DNA from: Chiloscyllium plagiosum
Taxonomy: Eukaryota
NCBI RefSeq assembly: GCF_004010195.1
Contig: NC_057757.1
Coordinates: 8,080,458-8,102,373, forward strand
Direction: 5' to 3'
DNA: 21,916 nt
Part shown: positions 11,188 to 21,182 of the stretch, in pieces
Layout of the letters: every line of letters begins with the position of its first letter
Position numbering within the stretch: the first letter of the stretch is position 1
Notes under the pieces: generated by a model
Database searches by the model: none
What the model saw: only the letters and a program-made list of their open reading frames with translations
What the model was told of the DNA's origin: nothing
Position numbers and translations under genes: made by a program

Positions 11188-12604
11188 AAGTTGTGATACC
11201 AGTAGGTTATAGAAAGGAGGTATTGCAGGTAGCACATGAATTACCAGGAGGAGATCATTTAGGGGGTATGAAAAACTCAAGCTATAACACAAGAACATTT
11301 TTATGGCCTGGACTGCGTAAGGATGTCATTGAATGTTGCAATCAAGAAATCAAAAACTCACAGTTTTGATAACAAGGATAAAGTGTTAGTGTTGCTTCCA
11401 ATGATAGGTGAGCCTTTAAAAGCAAGGTTTAGTGGACCTTATCAAGTCAAAAGAAGATTACACGAAATGAACTATTTGATAAGATGTCCAGATAGAAAGA
11501 AATCTCACAGAGAGTGTGTTATGTGAATCTGCTCAAAAGGTATTTTGACAGGGCCGGACAATAAAAGGAGAATGTGTTCCCTGGTTCCACTGTAGAGTGA
11601 AGGACCAAGTTCTAAGGATTCTGAATTGGATATTCCTCAAATTAAATTGTTACAATGAGGAAGTTGTCAAAAATTGGGATAAATTATTGAGTTACCTTCC
11701 AGAGGACATTTGGAATGACCTGAACATTATTACTGTTGCATGGAGGATATGTGGGAAATACTGGGAAATACTAATCTGATCATGCACCATGGAGATATAG
11801 GAAATGCTGTTCCAATTAAGCAACATCCTTATCAACTTAACCCGGTGAAGTTGGCACAAGATTGTATGCATGCTCCAAGACAATGTAAACAATGTGAGTT
11901 ACAGTGACCGGAGCTCACCCATAGTCATGGTGCCAAAGCCAGATGGTACCCAACGGCCTTGTGGAGACTTTTGCCAAGTCACTGCAGTTACAAAGTATGA
12001 TTCACATCTGATTCCACATTTGGAAGACTGTATTGAAAAATTGGGACCACCAACTTATATTTCCAAGTTGGATGTACTGAGAGGATACTGTCAAGTACCT
12101 TTGTTGAAAATAATGAAGACAATTTCAGCTTTTGTAATGCTGAATGGACTGTATCAGTTTAAAGTCATGCTATTTGGTATGAAAAATGTGCCAGCCACAT
12201 TTCAAAGATTAACTAATTGTGTGGTATACATTGACGACCTGATGATATATAGTCACACATGAAAGGAACATTTCCAACATTTATCAGAATTATTCGATTG
12301 ACTTTGGAAAGCAGGCTAGGTGATAAACCTGCCTAAGAGAGAGCTCACCAGGTCACCTTCCAGTGCTATATTATTGGACATGGACAAATGGCTCCACCTA
12401 ATGTGAAAACAAAGGTAATTGGGGACTTTCCCAGACCAACAATGAAGAGGGCAGGACTACGATTCCAAGAGTTGAGTGGGTTTTATTGGACATTCACATA
12501 AAGTTTTAGCAGGGTAGCTGCTCCACTCACTGATTTGCTAAAGAAAGGCAAAAGCTTCCAGTGGTCCGTTATTGGGTATTTGACAGCCTGAAAGCTGTGA
12601 TAAA

Positions 12605-12945
12605 GGGGTGACTTGATAGAGGTTTATAAGATGATCAGAGGAATAGATAGAGTAGACAGTCAGAAACTTTTCCCCCGGGTACAACAGAGTGTTACAAGGG
12701 GACATAAATTTAAGGTGAAGGGTGGAAGGTATAGGGGGGATGTCAGGGGTAGGTTCTTTACCCAGAGAGTGGTGGGGGCATGGACTGCGCTGCCTGTGGG
12801 AGTGGCAGAGTCAGAATCATTGGTGACCTTTAAGTGGCAATTGGATCGGTACATGGATGGGTGCTTAAGCTCGGACAAATGTTCAGCACAACATCGTGGG
12901 CCGAAGGGCCTGTTCTGTGCTGTATTGTTCTATGTTCCACGTTCT
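12605..12945 (+). mobile_element. CR1 LINE 3' end, left-arm specific, replacing part of RNase H
   Basis: GDLIEVYKMIRGIDRVD...TRGHKFKV...FFTQRVVGAW; TTCTATG-type tail; absent from the right arm. Confidence 0.93.
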
Positions 12946-13050
12946 AGTAATGTGTCTGAGACAATCATATACACTGATCATAACCCATTGAGGTTTGTGG
13001 AGAAATTTAAGGGCAAAATTTCCAGGCTGTTTAGGTGGAATTTATTATTA

Positions 13051-13333
13051 GGATAGGTTCCCTACAGAATAGAAACAAGCCCATCTACCCGACAAGTCCA
13101 CACCAACCTCCAAAGCGTAACTCACCCAGACCCATTCCCCTATGTTTACCCCTGAGTAATGTACTTTCTACTGTACACAATTTAGCATGGCCAATTCACC
13201 AGAACTGCACATCTTTGGATTGTGGGAAGAATGTACAAACTCCACAGGGGACAGCTACCCAATGTGGGAATTGAGCCCAAGTTCCCAGTGCTGTGAGGCA
13301 GCAGTGCTAACCACTGAGCCACAATGCCCCCCG
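13051..13333 (-). mobile_element. Diverged HE1-like SINE inserted near the end of RNase H
   Basis: Reverse complement begins gggggcattgtggctcagtggttagcactgctgcctcacagc and contains gaattggccatgctaaattg; splits the WNLLL|QPF frame. Confidence 0.9.
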
Positions 13334-13575
13334 GCAACCATTCAATGTGAAAATTATACATGTGGGCGAGAAAACATAATTGCCAATGCATTGCAAGACA
13401 GGGATGAAAAAAACGGAAGTGTTCAGTGGCAGGAGTAAATGACCAAAAATACAATACAGTAGAGAATGTTTACATGGTTATTGCCAATGCACTGTCTATG
13501 TATTGTAGTGTGCTAACAGAGTAAGATTAAGGGGTTTAAAGTGAAGCCATCATTTGATATTGCTTGTTTTTATTT

Positions 13576-13585
13576 AAGGGGGTGG
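13576..13585 (+). promoter_or_regulatory. Polypurine tract of element A
   Basis: aagggggtgg immediately before the 3' LTR. Confidence 0.7.
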
Positions 13586-13978
13586 TATGATGATGCTGCC
13601 ACTTTAAAAATGGTTATTTTGTTTTTGGGATTGTTTTTTAAAGAGGTCGTAAAGACAGAGGTGCTGAGGCGTCTAGGAAAAGCCTAGTTTAACAACAGCA
13701 GAGGAATGGCCAGTTCTGCCAGTTCAGGTTTAATTGAGCTGCAGCAGTCACAAGATGCTGGAGTCCAGGAAGGCAAAAGCTTCTGAAAATGATTCCTACT
13801 GCTTTTCTGGCCATGCTAAATTGCCGTAGTGTTAGGTAAGGGGTACAGGTAGGGATATGGGCGGGTTGCGCTTCGGCGGGGCGGTGTAGACTTGTTGGGC
13901 CGAAGGGCCTGTTTCCACACTGTAATGTAATGTAATCTAAAAAAAAATAATTGAGGGGGTCTGGCCTGGTCCATAACA
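13586..13978 (+). repeat. 3' LTR of element A, central part replaced by a SINE fragment
   Basis: Starts tatgatgatgctgccacttt and ends ggcctggtccataaca; homologous to the 5' LTR. Confidence 0.88.
13809..13947 (+). mobile_element. HE1-like SINE 3' fragment, left-arm specific
   Basis: ggccatgctaaattg...gggccgaagggcctgtttccacac(tgtaa)n followed by an A run; absent from the right-arm LTR. Confidence 0.9.
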
Positions 13979-15704
13979 AACTGCATTGTCTTTGTGATAG
14001 GAACACATAATCATCAGACACCATCTGGTGTTGCCACTATTACGATGGGTGTGCTTCAGTCATTGAAATTCATAGAACATAGAACATTACAGAGCAGTAC
14101 AGGCCCTTCGACCCTCGATGTTGTGCCACCCTGTCATACTAATCTGAAGCCCATCCCACCTACATCATTCCATGGACGTCCATTTGCCTGTCCAATGACG
14201 ACTTAAATGCACTTAAACTTGGTGAATCTACTACCGATGTAGGCAAAGCATTCCATACCCTTATTACTCTCTGAGTAAAGAAATTTTGATTACATTGGCT
14301 TTGAGCAAGCATACAATCTGTTTTTGAACCTGTGCCAAATTTAAAGGATTAAGCCTATGAGGATGTTGCTTAATTGGAACAGCATATCCTGTATCAACAT
14401 CATGCATTGTCAGGTTAGTACTTCCCAGTATTTCCTATACATCTCCCTCCATGATTCTAATAACACTTCCAGGTTATTTGGCTTTTCCACTGGAATGTTT
14501 CTCAATAATTTATCCCAATTTTTGAGAACTTCCTCATTGTCCAATTTAATTGGAGGAAAGTCCAATTCAGAATCCTCTGAACCTACTTCTTCACTCTGTG
14601 TTGGAACCAGGAAGACATTCTTCTCCTGCTTTCCTTCCCTATCTAACACCTTGTGAGCAATTTCAAATCATCCTCTTTGTGAGACTTCTGTCCATCTGTC
14701 ATTCTTAACAAATAATTCAGCTCACTCAATTTCCTTTCGACTTGATAAGGTCCACGAAACCTTGCTTTTCAAGCTTCACCTATCACTGAACTAAAACTTT
14801 ATCTCCATGAGCAAACTTGTGAGTTATTGATTTCTAGTCTGTTTTCTATTCTGTTACTTACAGTGTTACTTTCAAATGCTATCAAGCCGACTTACTCACT
14901 CTATTTAATCTTTCCTTAAAATTTGACACAAAATCCAAATGTGTGGTCTCTGAGCTCTGATCGACCAACTTCTCCTTAATTAATTTTAGTGTTCTCTCAC
15001 CCTTTAGCCCCAAACCAAACTCATACGCACTGAATGTGATTGATTTGGTGCATCCCTAATTGCAACACATACAAATGAAACTCCTTTGTACCAATCATCG
15101 AGATAGATAGTTTCGACTTTAAGTGCTGAGTTTGGTTATTAAAGTTCAATACCATCATTCTAATGCTTCCTTTGATTCTGGATTTGAATTGTGTTATTCC
15201 TAAGCTATCCATAACTTCCTTGAATAATTGTGATGTAAAATTTGATACTTGATCTGATTGGATCTTTGTGGGTAATGCATTTCCTGTAAAACATTTGAGT
15301 AACTCTTCTACAATCCTGTTAGGCAGGATACTACATAATGGAATGGCCTCTGGAAATGCAGTGGACACTTCCATTATAGTCAACAAATACTGATTCCCAC
15401 TTTTTTATTTTAGGGAGGGGTTCTCTGCAAACAATTAAGACTCTTGTAAAAAAGGTTTCTAAAATGCAGGAATGATTATTGAAGGTGTTGGTTTTATCAC
15501 TGCCTGAGGTTTTCCAACTACCTGACACAAATGATGTAACCTGCAAAATTCAACCACATCCTAATGCAGTCCAGGCTAATAAAAATATTATTGTACTTTG
15601 GCTTGAGCTTTCCTTACTCCTCCTAGTGGTAAATCAACTGCTCCCTGAAAGAAATCCATTCTCTAGTCCACTGGTAATACAACTTGGCGAACGTCTGCCC
15701 AATT
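13979..15704 (-). mobile_element. Second Gmr1-like Gypsy relic (element B): integrase zinc region, rve core, C-terminus and RT N-terminus
   Basis: LTIM...T.FPEAIPL...IQSDQ.SNFTS.LF...LGI (15021-15386); WADVRQVVLPV near 15670-15704; linker homologous to element A (IKLDNEEVLKNWDKLL); RT N-terminus at 13985-14070; INT precedes RT. Confidence 0.87.
14071..14283 (-). mobile_element. Short CR1 3' end inserted in element B
   Basis: catagaacatagaacattaca..caggcccttcg tail, similar to 1287-1490; GAAATT on both sides (14065-14070, 14280-14285). Confidence 0.9.
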
Positions 15705-15739
15705 CGGTATTCTATTTTCTATTTCCGGACAAATGAAGA

Positions 15740-15821
15740 CTAGTATTCCTTATACTTTCTTAACCATCCTGTCTACCTGTGCTAACCAAGCCCCCTTTGT
15801 TCCTCAGTACTCCCCTAGGAC
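15740..15821 (-). mobile_element. CR1 internal fragment running into the gap
   Basis: Similar to 2738-2843 (ttctt.ac.atcct.tctacctg...ctttgttc..ca..actcccc.taggac) with an internal deletion. Confidence 0.65.
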
Positions 15822-16321
15822 NNNNNNNNNNNNNNNNNNNNNNNNNNNNNNNNNNNNNNNNNNNNNNNNNNNNNNNNNNNNNNNNNNNNNNNNNNNNNNN
15901 NNNNNNNNNNNNNNNNNNNNNNNNNNNNNNNNNNNNNNNNNNNNNNNNNNNNNNNNNNNNNNNNNNNNNNNNNNNNNNNNNNNNNNNNNNNNNNNNNNNN
16001 NNNNNNNNNNNNNNNNNNNNNNNNNNNNNNNNNNNNNNNNNNNNNNNNNNNNNNNNNNNNNNNNNNNNNNNNNNNNNNNNNNNNNNNNNNNNNNNNNNNN
16101 NNNNNNNNNNNNNNNNNNNNNNNNNNNNNNNNNNNNNNNNNNNNNNNNNNNNNNNNNNNNNNNNNNNNNNNNNNNNNNNNNNNNNNNNNNNNNNNNNNNN
16201 NNNNNNNNNNNNNNNNNNNNNNNNNNNNNNNNNNNNNNNNNNNNNNNNNNNNNNNNNNNNNNNNNNNNNNNNNNNNNNNNNNNNNNNNNNNNNNNNNNNN
16301 NNNNNNNNNNNNNNNNNNNNN
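15822..16321. other. Assembly gap (500 N) within the centre of the inverted duplication
   Basis: Run of N. Confidence 1.
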
Positions 16322-16836
16322 TCCAGTGGAAAAGCCAAATAACCTGGAAACGTTATTAGAATCATGGAGGGAGATGTATTGGAAATACTGGGAAGTACTA
16401 ACCTGACAATGCATGATGTTGATACAGGATATGCTGTTCCAATTAAGCAACATCTCATAGGCTTAATCCTTTAAAGTTGGCACAGGTTCAGAAACAGATT
16501 GTATGCTTGCTCAAAGCCAATGTAATCAAAATTTCTTTACTCAGAGAGTAATAAGGGTATGGAATGCTTTGCCTACATCGGTAGTAGATTCATCAAGTTT
16601 AAGTGCATTTAAGTCGTCATTGGACAGGCAAATGGACGTCCATGGAATGATGTAGGTGGGATGGGCTTCAGATTAGTATGACAGGGTGGCACAACATCGA
16701 GGGTCGAAGGGCCTGTACTGCTCTGTAATGTTCTATGTTCTATGAATTTCAATGACTGAAGCACACCCATCGTAATAGTGGCAACACCAGATGGTGTCTG
16801 ATGATTATGTGTTCCTATCACAAAGTCGATGCAGTT
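16322..16836 (+). mobile_element. Duplicated part of element B, with CR1 3' end at 16535-16744
   Basis: Reverse complement of 13979-14494. Confidence 0.9.
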
Positions 16837-17407
16837 TGTTATGGACCAGGCCAGACCCCCTCAAATATTTGAAGAAGGTAGCCCAAACTCTAACTTTTTC
16901 TCATTGTAAAGGCAGATGTGAAGTGGGTGTTCCAGAAGAGATACAGCTGGTCAAACCACTTCGCTCTATGCAAAACAGCATTTACATTAACATTCCAGTT
17001 GAAACACAAACAAAAGAAAACGGTGTTTAGAATAACTTAACTATAACTGACCCGATAGAGCAACTTAACGAAGGAGTTGTTCCAATCCAGTAACATCCCA
17101 TAAACACACCACTTGGCAAAAAGGTAAATTCAAACACAGGTACTTCCAAACAGGATGGAGCAGCATGCACAGGAGATTTCAGGAGAAAAGCAGTCAGGAA
17201 TCATTTTCAGAAGCTTTTGCCTTCCTGGACTCCAGCATCTTGTGATTGCTGCAGCTCAATTAAACCTGAACTGGCAGAACTAGCCATTCCCCTGCTGTTG
17301 TTAAACTAGGCTTTTCCTAGACTCCTCAGCAACTCTGTCTTTACGACCTCTTTAAAAAACAATCCCAAGAACAAAATAACCATTTTTAAAGTGACAGCAT
17401 CATTATA
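16837..17407 (-). repeat. Uninterrupted copy of the element A 3' LTR (571 bp), with PPT at 17408-17417
   Basis: tgttatggaccagg...gcatcattata followed by ccaccccctt; aligns along the whole 5' LTR. Confidence 0.9.
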
Positions 17408-17589
17408 CCACCCCCTTAAATAAAAACTAGCAATATCAAATGATGGCTTCACTTTAAACCCCTTAATCTTACTCTGTTAGCACACCTACAATACATAGAC
17501 AGTGCATTGGCAATAACTATGTAAACATTCTCTACTGGTCTTTTTGGTCATTTACTCCTGCCACTGAACATCTCTGTTTTTTTCATCCC

Positions 17590-19702
17590 TGTCTTGGAAT
17601 GCATTGGCAATTATGTTTTCTCATCCACATGTATAATTTTCAAATTGAATGGTTGCCGGGAAGCATTGTGGCTCAGTGGTTAGCACTGCTGCCTCACAGC
17701 ACTGGGAACCTGGGCTCAATTCCCACATTGGGTAGCTGTCCCATGTGGAGTTTGTACATTCTCCCCGTGTCTGTGTGGGTTTCTTCCCACAATCCTAAGA
17801 TGTGCAGTTCTGGTGAATTGGCCATGCTAAATTGCGTATAGTGGTAAGTACATTACTCAGGGGTAAATATAGGGGAATGGGTCTGGGTGTGTTACGCTTT
17901 GGAGGTCGGTGTGGACTTGTTGGGTTGAAAGTCCTATTTCCATTCTGGAGGGAAGTGAACCTAATAATAAATTCCACCTAAGAAGCCTGGAAATTTTGCC
18001 CTTAAATTTCTCCACAAACCTCAATGGGTTATGATCAGTGTATATGATTGACTCCGTCACATTACTGGCAACATAAATGTTGAAATGTTGTCATGCCAAC
18101 ACCAAGCTCAAGGTCTCCTTTTCAATTATCAAATATTTCTGCTGATGAATGTTCAATTTCTTGATGAAATACCCGATCGGTCTTTCTATCCCAACCCCCG
18201 CCATTGTCTTCCTGCAAGAGCACAGCACCGACACCGACATGACTCCCCTCGACAGTCACTTTGAATGGACTTGTATGGCTAACACTGGAGCAGTCTTTAT
18301 CACAGCTTTCAGGCTGTCAAACGCCGAATAACAGTCCACTGGAACCTTTTGCCTTTCTTTCGCAAATCAGTGAGTGGAGCAGCTACCCTGCTAAAACTTT
18401 ATGTGAATGTCCAATAAAACCCACTCAACTCTTGGAATCGTAGACCTGCCCTCTTCATTGTTAATCTGGGAAAGTCCCCAATTACCTTTGTTTTCACATT
18501 GTGTGGAGCCATTTGTCCATGTCCAATAACATAGCACTGGAAGGTGACCTGGTGAGCTCACTCTTAGCCAGGTTTATCACCAAGCCTGCTTCCCAAAGTC
18601 AATTGAATAATTCTGATAAATGTTGGAAATGTTCCTTTCATGTGTGACTATATATCATCAGGTCGTCAATGTATACCATACAATTAGTTAATCTTTGAAA
18701 TGGAGCTGGCACATTTTTCATACCAAATAGCATGACTTTAAACTGATACAGTTTAAAAGCTGTATTACAAAAGCTGAAATTGTCATCATTCTTTTCAACA
18801 AAGGTACTTGCCAGTATCCTCTCAGTACATCCAACTTGGAAATATAAGTTGGTGGTCCCAATTTTTCAATACAGTCTTCCAAATGTGGAAGCATAATTTG
18901 TAACTGCAGTGACTTGGCGAAAGTCTACACAAGACCGCTGGGTACCATTTGGCTTTGACACTATGACTATGGGTGAGCTCCGGTCTCTGTAACTCACATT
19001 GTTTATGTTGTCTTGGAGCATGCATACAATCTTGTGCCAACTTCACCGGGTTAAGTTGATAAGGATGTTGCTTAATTGGAACAGCATTTCCTATATCTCC
19101 ATGGTGCATGATCAGATTAGTATTTCCCAGTATTTCCCACATATCTTCCATGCAACAGTAATAACGTTCAGGTCATTCCAAATGTCCTCTGGAAGGTAAC
19201 TCAATAATTTATCCCAATTTTTGACAACTTCCTCATTGTACAATTTAATTTGAGGAATATCCAATTCAGAATCCTTGGAACTTGGTCCTTCACTCTACAT
19301 TGGAACCAGGGAACACATTCTCCTTTTATTTTCCTACCCTGTCAAAATACCTTTTGAGCAGATTCACATAACACACACTCTGTGAGATTTCTTTCTATCT
19401 GGACTTCTTATCAAATAGTTCATCTCGTGCAATCTTCTTTTGACTTGATAAGGTCCACTAATCCTTGCTTTTAAAGGCTCACCTATCATTGGAAGTAACA
19501 CTAACACTTTATCCTTGTTATCAAAACTGTGAGTTTTTGATTTCTTGATTGCAACATTCAATGACATCCTTACGCAGTCCTACCAGTAAAAATGTTCTTG
19601 CGTTATAGCTTGAGTTTTTCTTACCCCCTAAATGATCTCCTCCCGGTAATTCATGTGCTACCTGCAATACCTCCTTTCTATAACCTACTGGTATCAAAAC
19701 TT
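17590..19702 (-). pseudogene. pol: Duplicated pol relic of element A (INT ends, RT, RNase H retained)
   Basis: Mirror of 11188-13400; keeps the RNase H segment 18067-18294 that is missing from the left arm. Confidence 0.9.
17658..17961 (+). mobile_element. HE1-like SINE (duplicate of 13051-13333)
   Basis: gtggctcagtggttagcactgctgcctcacagc head, V-domain core, same insertion site. Confidence 0.9.
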
Positions 19703-21142
19703 ATAAGACCATAAGACCCAAAGATGTAGGTGCAGAAATTAGGCCATACAGCTCATTAAGTCCACTCCACCTCTCAATCATGGCTGCTAAGTTTCTCACC
19801 CCCATTCCCCCACTTTCTCCCTGTAACCCTGGATCTACTTAATACGCAAGAACCTATCTCTCTCAGTCTTAAATATACTCAATGACCTGGCCTCCATGCC
19901 CTTCCATGGCAGTGAATCCCATAGATGCCCCACTCTCTGTCTGAAGAAATGTCTCCTTACCTCCATTCTAAAAGCTCTTCCCTTTATCTAAGGCTGTGCC
20001 CTCAGGTCCTAATCCCTCCTACCAATGGAAACATCTTCCCAACATCCTTTCTGTCCAGGCCATTTGTTATTCTGAATGTTTCAATTAGATCCTGCCTCAT
20101 CCTTCTAAAATCCATTGAGTATTTTAGAATTGGCGGTTGCTTAAAGGCAAGTAGTGGAGGTGTGGGGAAGGTCTTGGTGAGGTGCTCATCTTCATTGATA
20201 ATGTGTTGCAGCTCACGAAGAACATGCCGTAATTTTTCAGCCCCTGGGAAGTACTGAACAACGAAGGGTACCCTGTCAATTACAGCCCGTGTCTGTCTCC
20301 TGAGGAGGTCATTACGGTTCCTTGCTGTGGCACATCGGAATTGGCGGTCAATGAGTTGAACATTGTACCCCGTTCCTCATATGTTGAGTGTTTCATTCCT
20401 GGGACCATGGTCATGAACCTCCTCTGAAACAACTCCAGGGTCAGCACATCCTTCCTGAGATATGGGGCCCAAAACTGCACTCAAACTCCAAATGTAATCT
20501 GACCAGAGACTTATAGAGCCTCAGAAATACATCCTTGATTTTATATTCAAAGTAAATGACACCATTACCTTTGCCTTCCTAACTACCACCTCAACCTGCA
20601 AGTTTACTGAGCTTACTGAGATTAGATTGCAGTGTGGAAACAGGCCCTTTGGCCCAACAAGTCCACACCAACCCGCCGAAGCGCAATCCACCCAGACCCA
20701 TTACCCTACATTTACCACTTCACCTAACACTACGGGCAATTTAGCATGGCCAATTCACCTAACCTGCACATTTTTTTGGATTGGGGGAGAAAACCGGAGC
20801 ACCCGGAGGATACCCACGCAGACACGGGAAGAATGTGCAAACTCCACACAGAGTCGCCTGAGGCGGGAATTAGCTTGAGAGAATCCTGAATGAGAACTCC
20901 CAAGTCTCTTTGCACATTTATATTTCTGAATTTTATCTTCATTTAGAAAATGCCCATGTCTCTATTCTTCCGAGCAAAGTGCATGACCTCACATTTTCTC
21001 ATGTTGTACTCCATCTGCCACTTCTTTGCCCACTGTCCTAACCTGCCCAAATCTTTCTCCAGCCTCCCCACCTCCTCAATGCTACCTGTCTCTCTACCTA
21101 TCTTTGTATCATCTGCAAACATACCTAGAATTCCCTCAGTTG
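19703..21142 (-). mobile_element. Duplicate of CR1 9974-11187, with nested SINE (20620-20871) and Penelope fragment
   Basis: Mirror sequence; AACTT at 19698-19702 and 21143-21147. Confidence 0.92.
20123..20371 (-). mobile_element. Internal Penelope-like ORF fragment (RT thumb/linker), right-arm specific
   Basis: Open frame GYNVQLIDRQFRCATARNRNDLLRRQTRAVIDRVPFVVQYFPGAEKLRHVLRELQHIINEDEHLTKTFPTPPLLAFKQPP, typical of the region between RT and GIY-YIG in Penelope-like elements. Confidence 0.82.
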
Positions 21143-21182
21143 AACTTGGTGAACTTCCAACCATTTCTCATCTGCTTGAACA

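Larger units (their letters stand above)
8680..13400 (+). pseudogene. pol: pol relic of element A: protease, integrase (zinc-binding and GPY C-terminus, core deleted), RT, RNase H
   Basis: VLRDTGS (DTG at 8762-8770); integrase N-terminal VVIP..YRKEVL..AHE...HLG at 11190-11340; FSGPYQV at about 11428-11448; RT SSPIVMVPKPDG, LDVLRGY.Q, FGMKN.PATFQR, YIDD (11870-12262); RNase H YTDHNPL and WNLLL/QPF..GREN..A.AL. Multiple stops and insertions. Confidence 0.9.
5826..13978 (+). mobile_element. Decayed Gmr1-like Gypsy LTR retrotransposon (element A) with nested insertions
   Basis: Two related LTRs, PBS, PPT, gag (SCAN-like, CCHC) and pol remnants in the order PR-INT-RT-RH. Confidence 0.9.
9472..14494 (+). 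repeat. Left arm of large inverted duplication
   Basis: Colinear reverse-complement match to 16322-21753, including shared TE junctions; mirrored ORFs (11323-11526 vs 19364-19567, 13994-14206 vs 16609-16821). Confidence 0.97.

Noticed and set aside
15733..16458. ORFs of about 200 aa
   Set aside because: Mostly N-gap translation.
20127..20348. 11-bp direct repeat gaattggcggt near both ends of the Penelope insert, as a TSD
   Set aside because: Both copies are inside the insert and the motif is absent from the empty site in the left arm.
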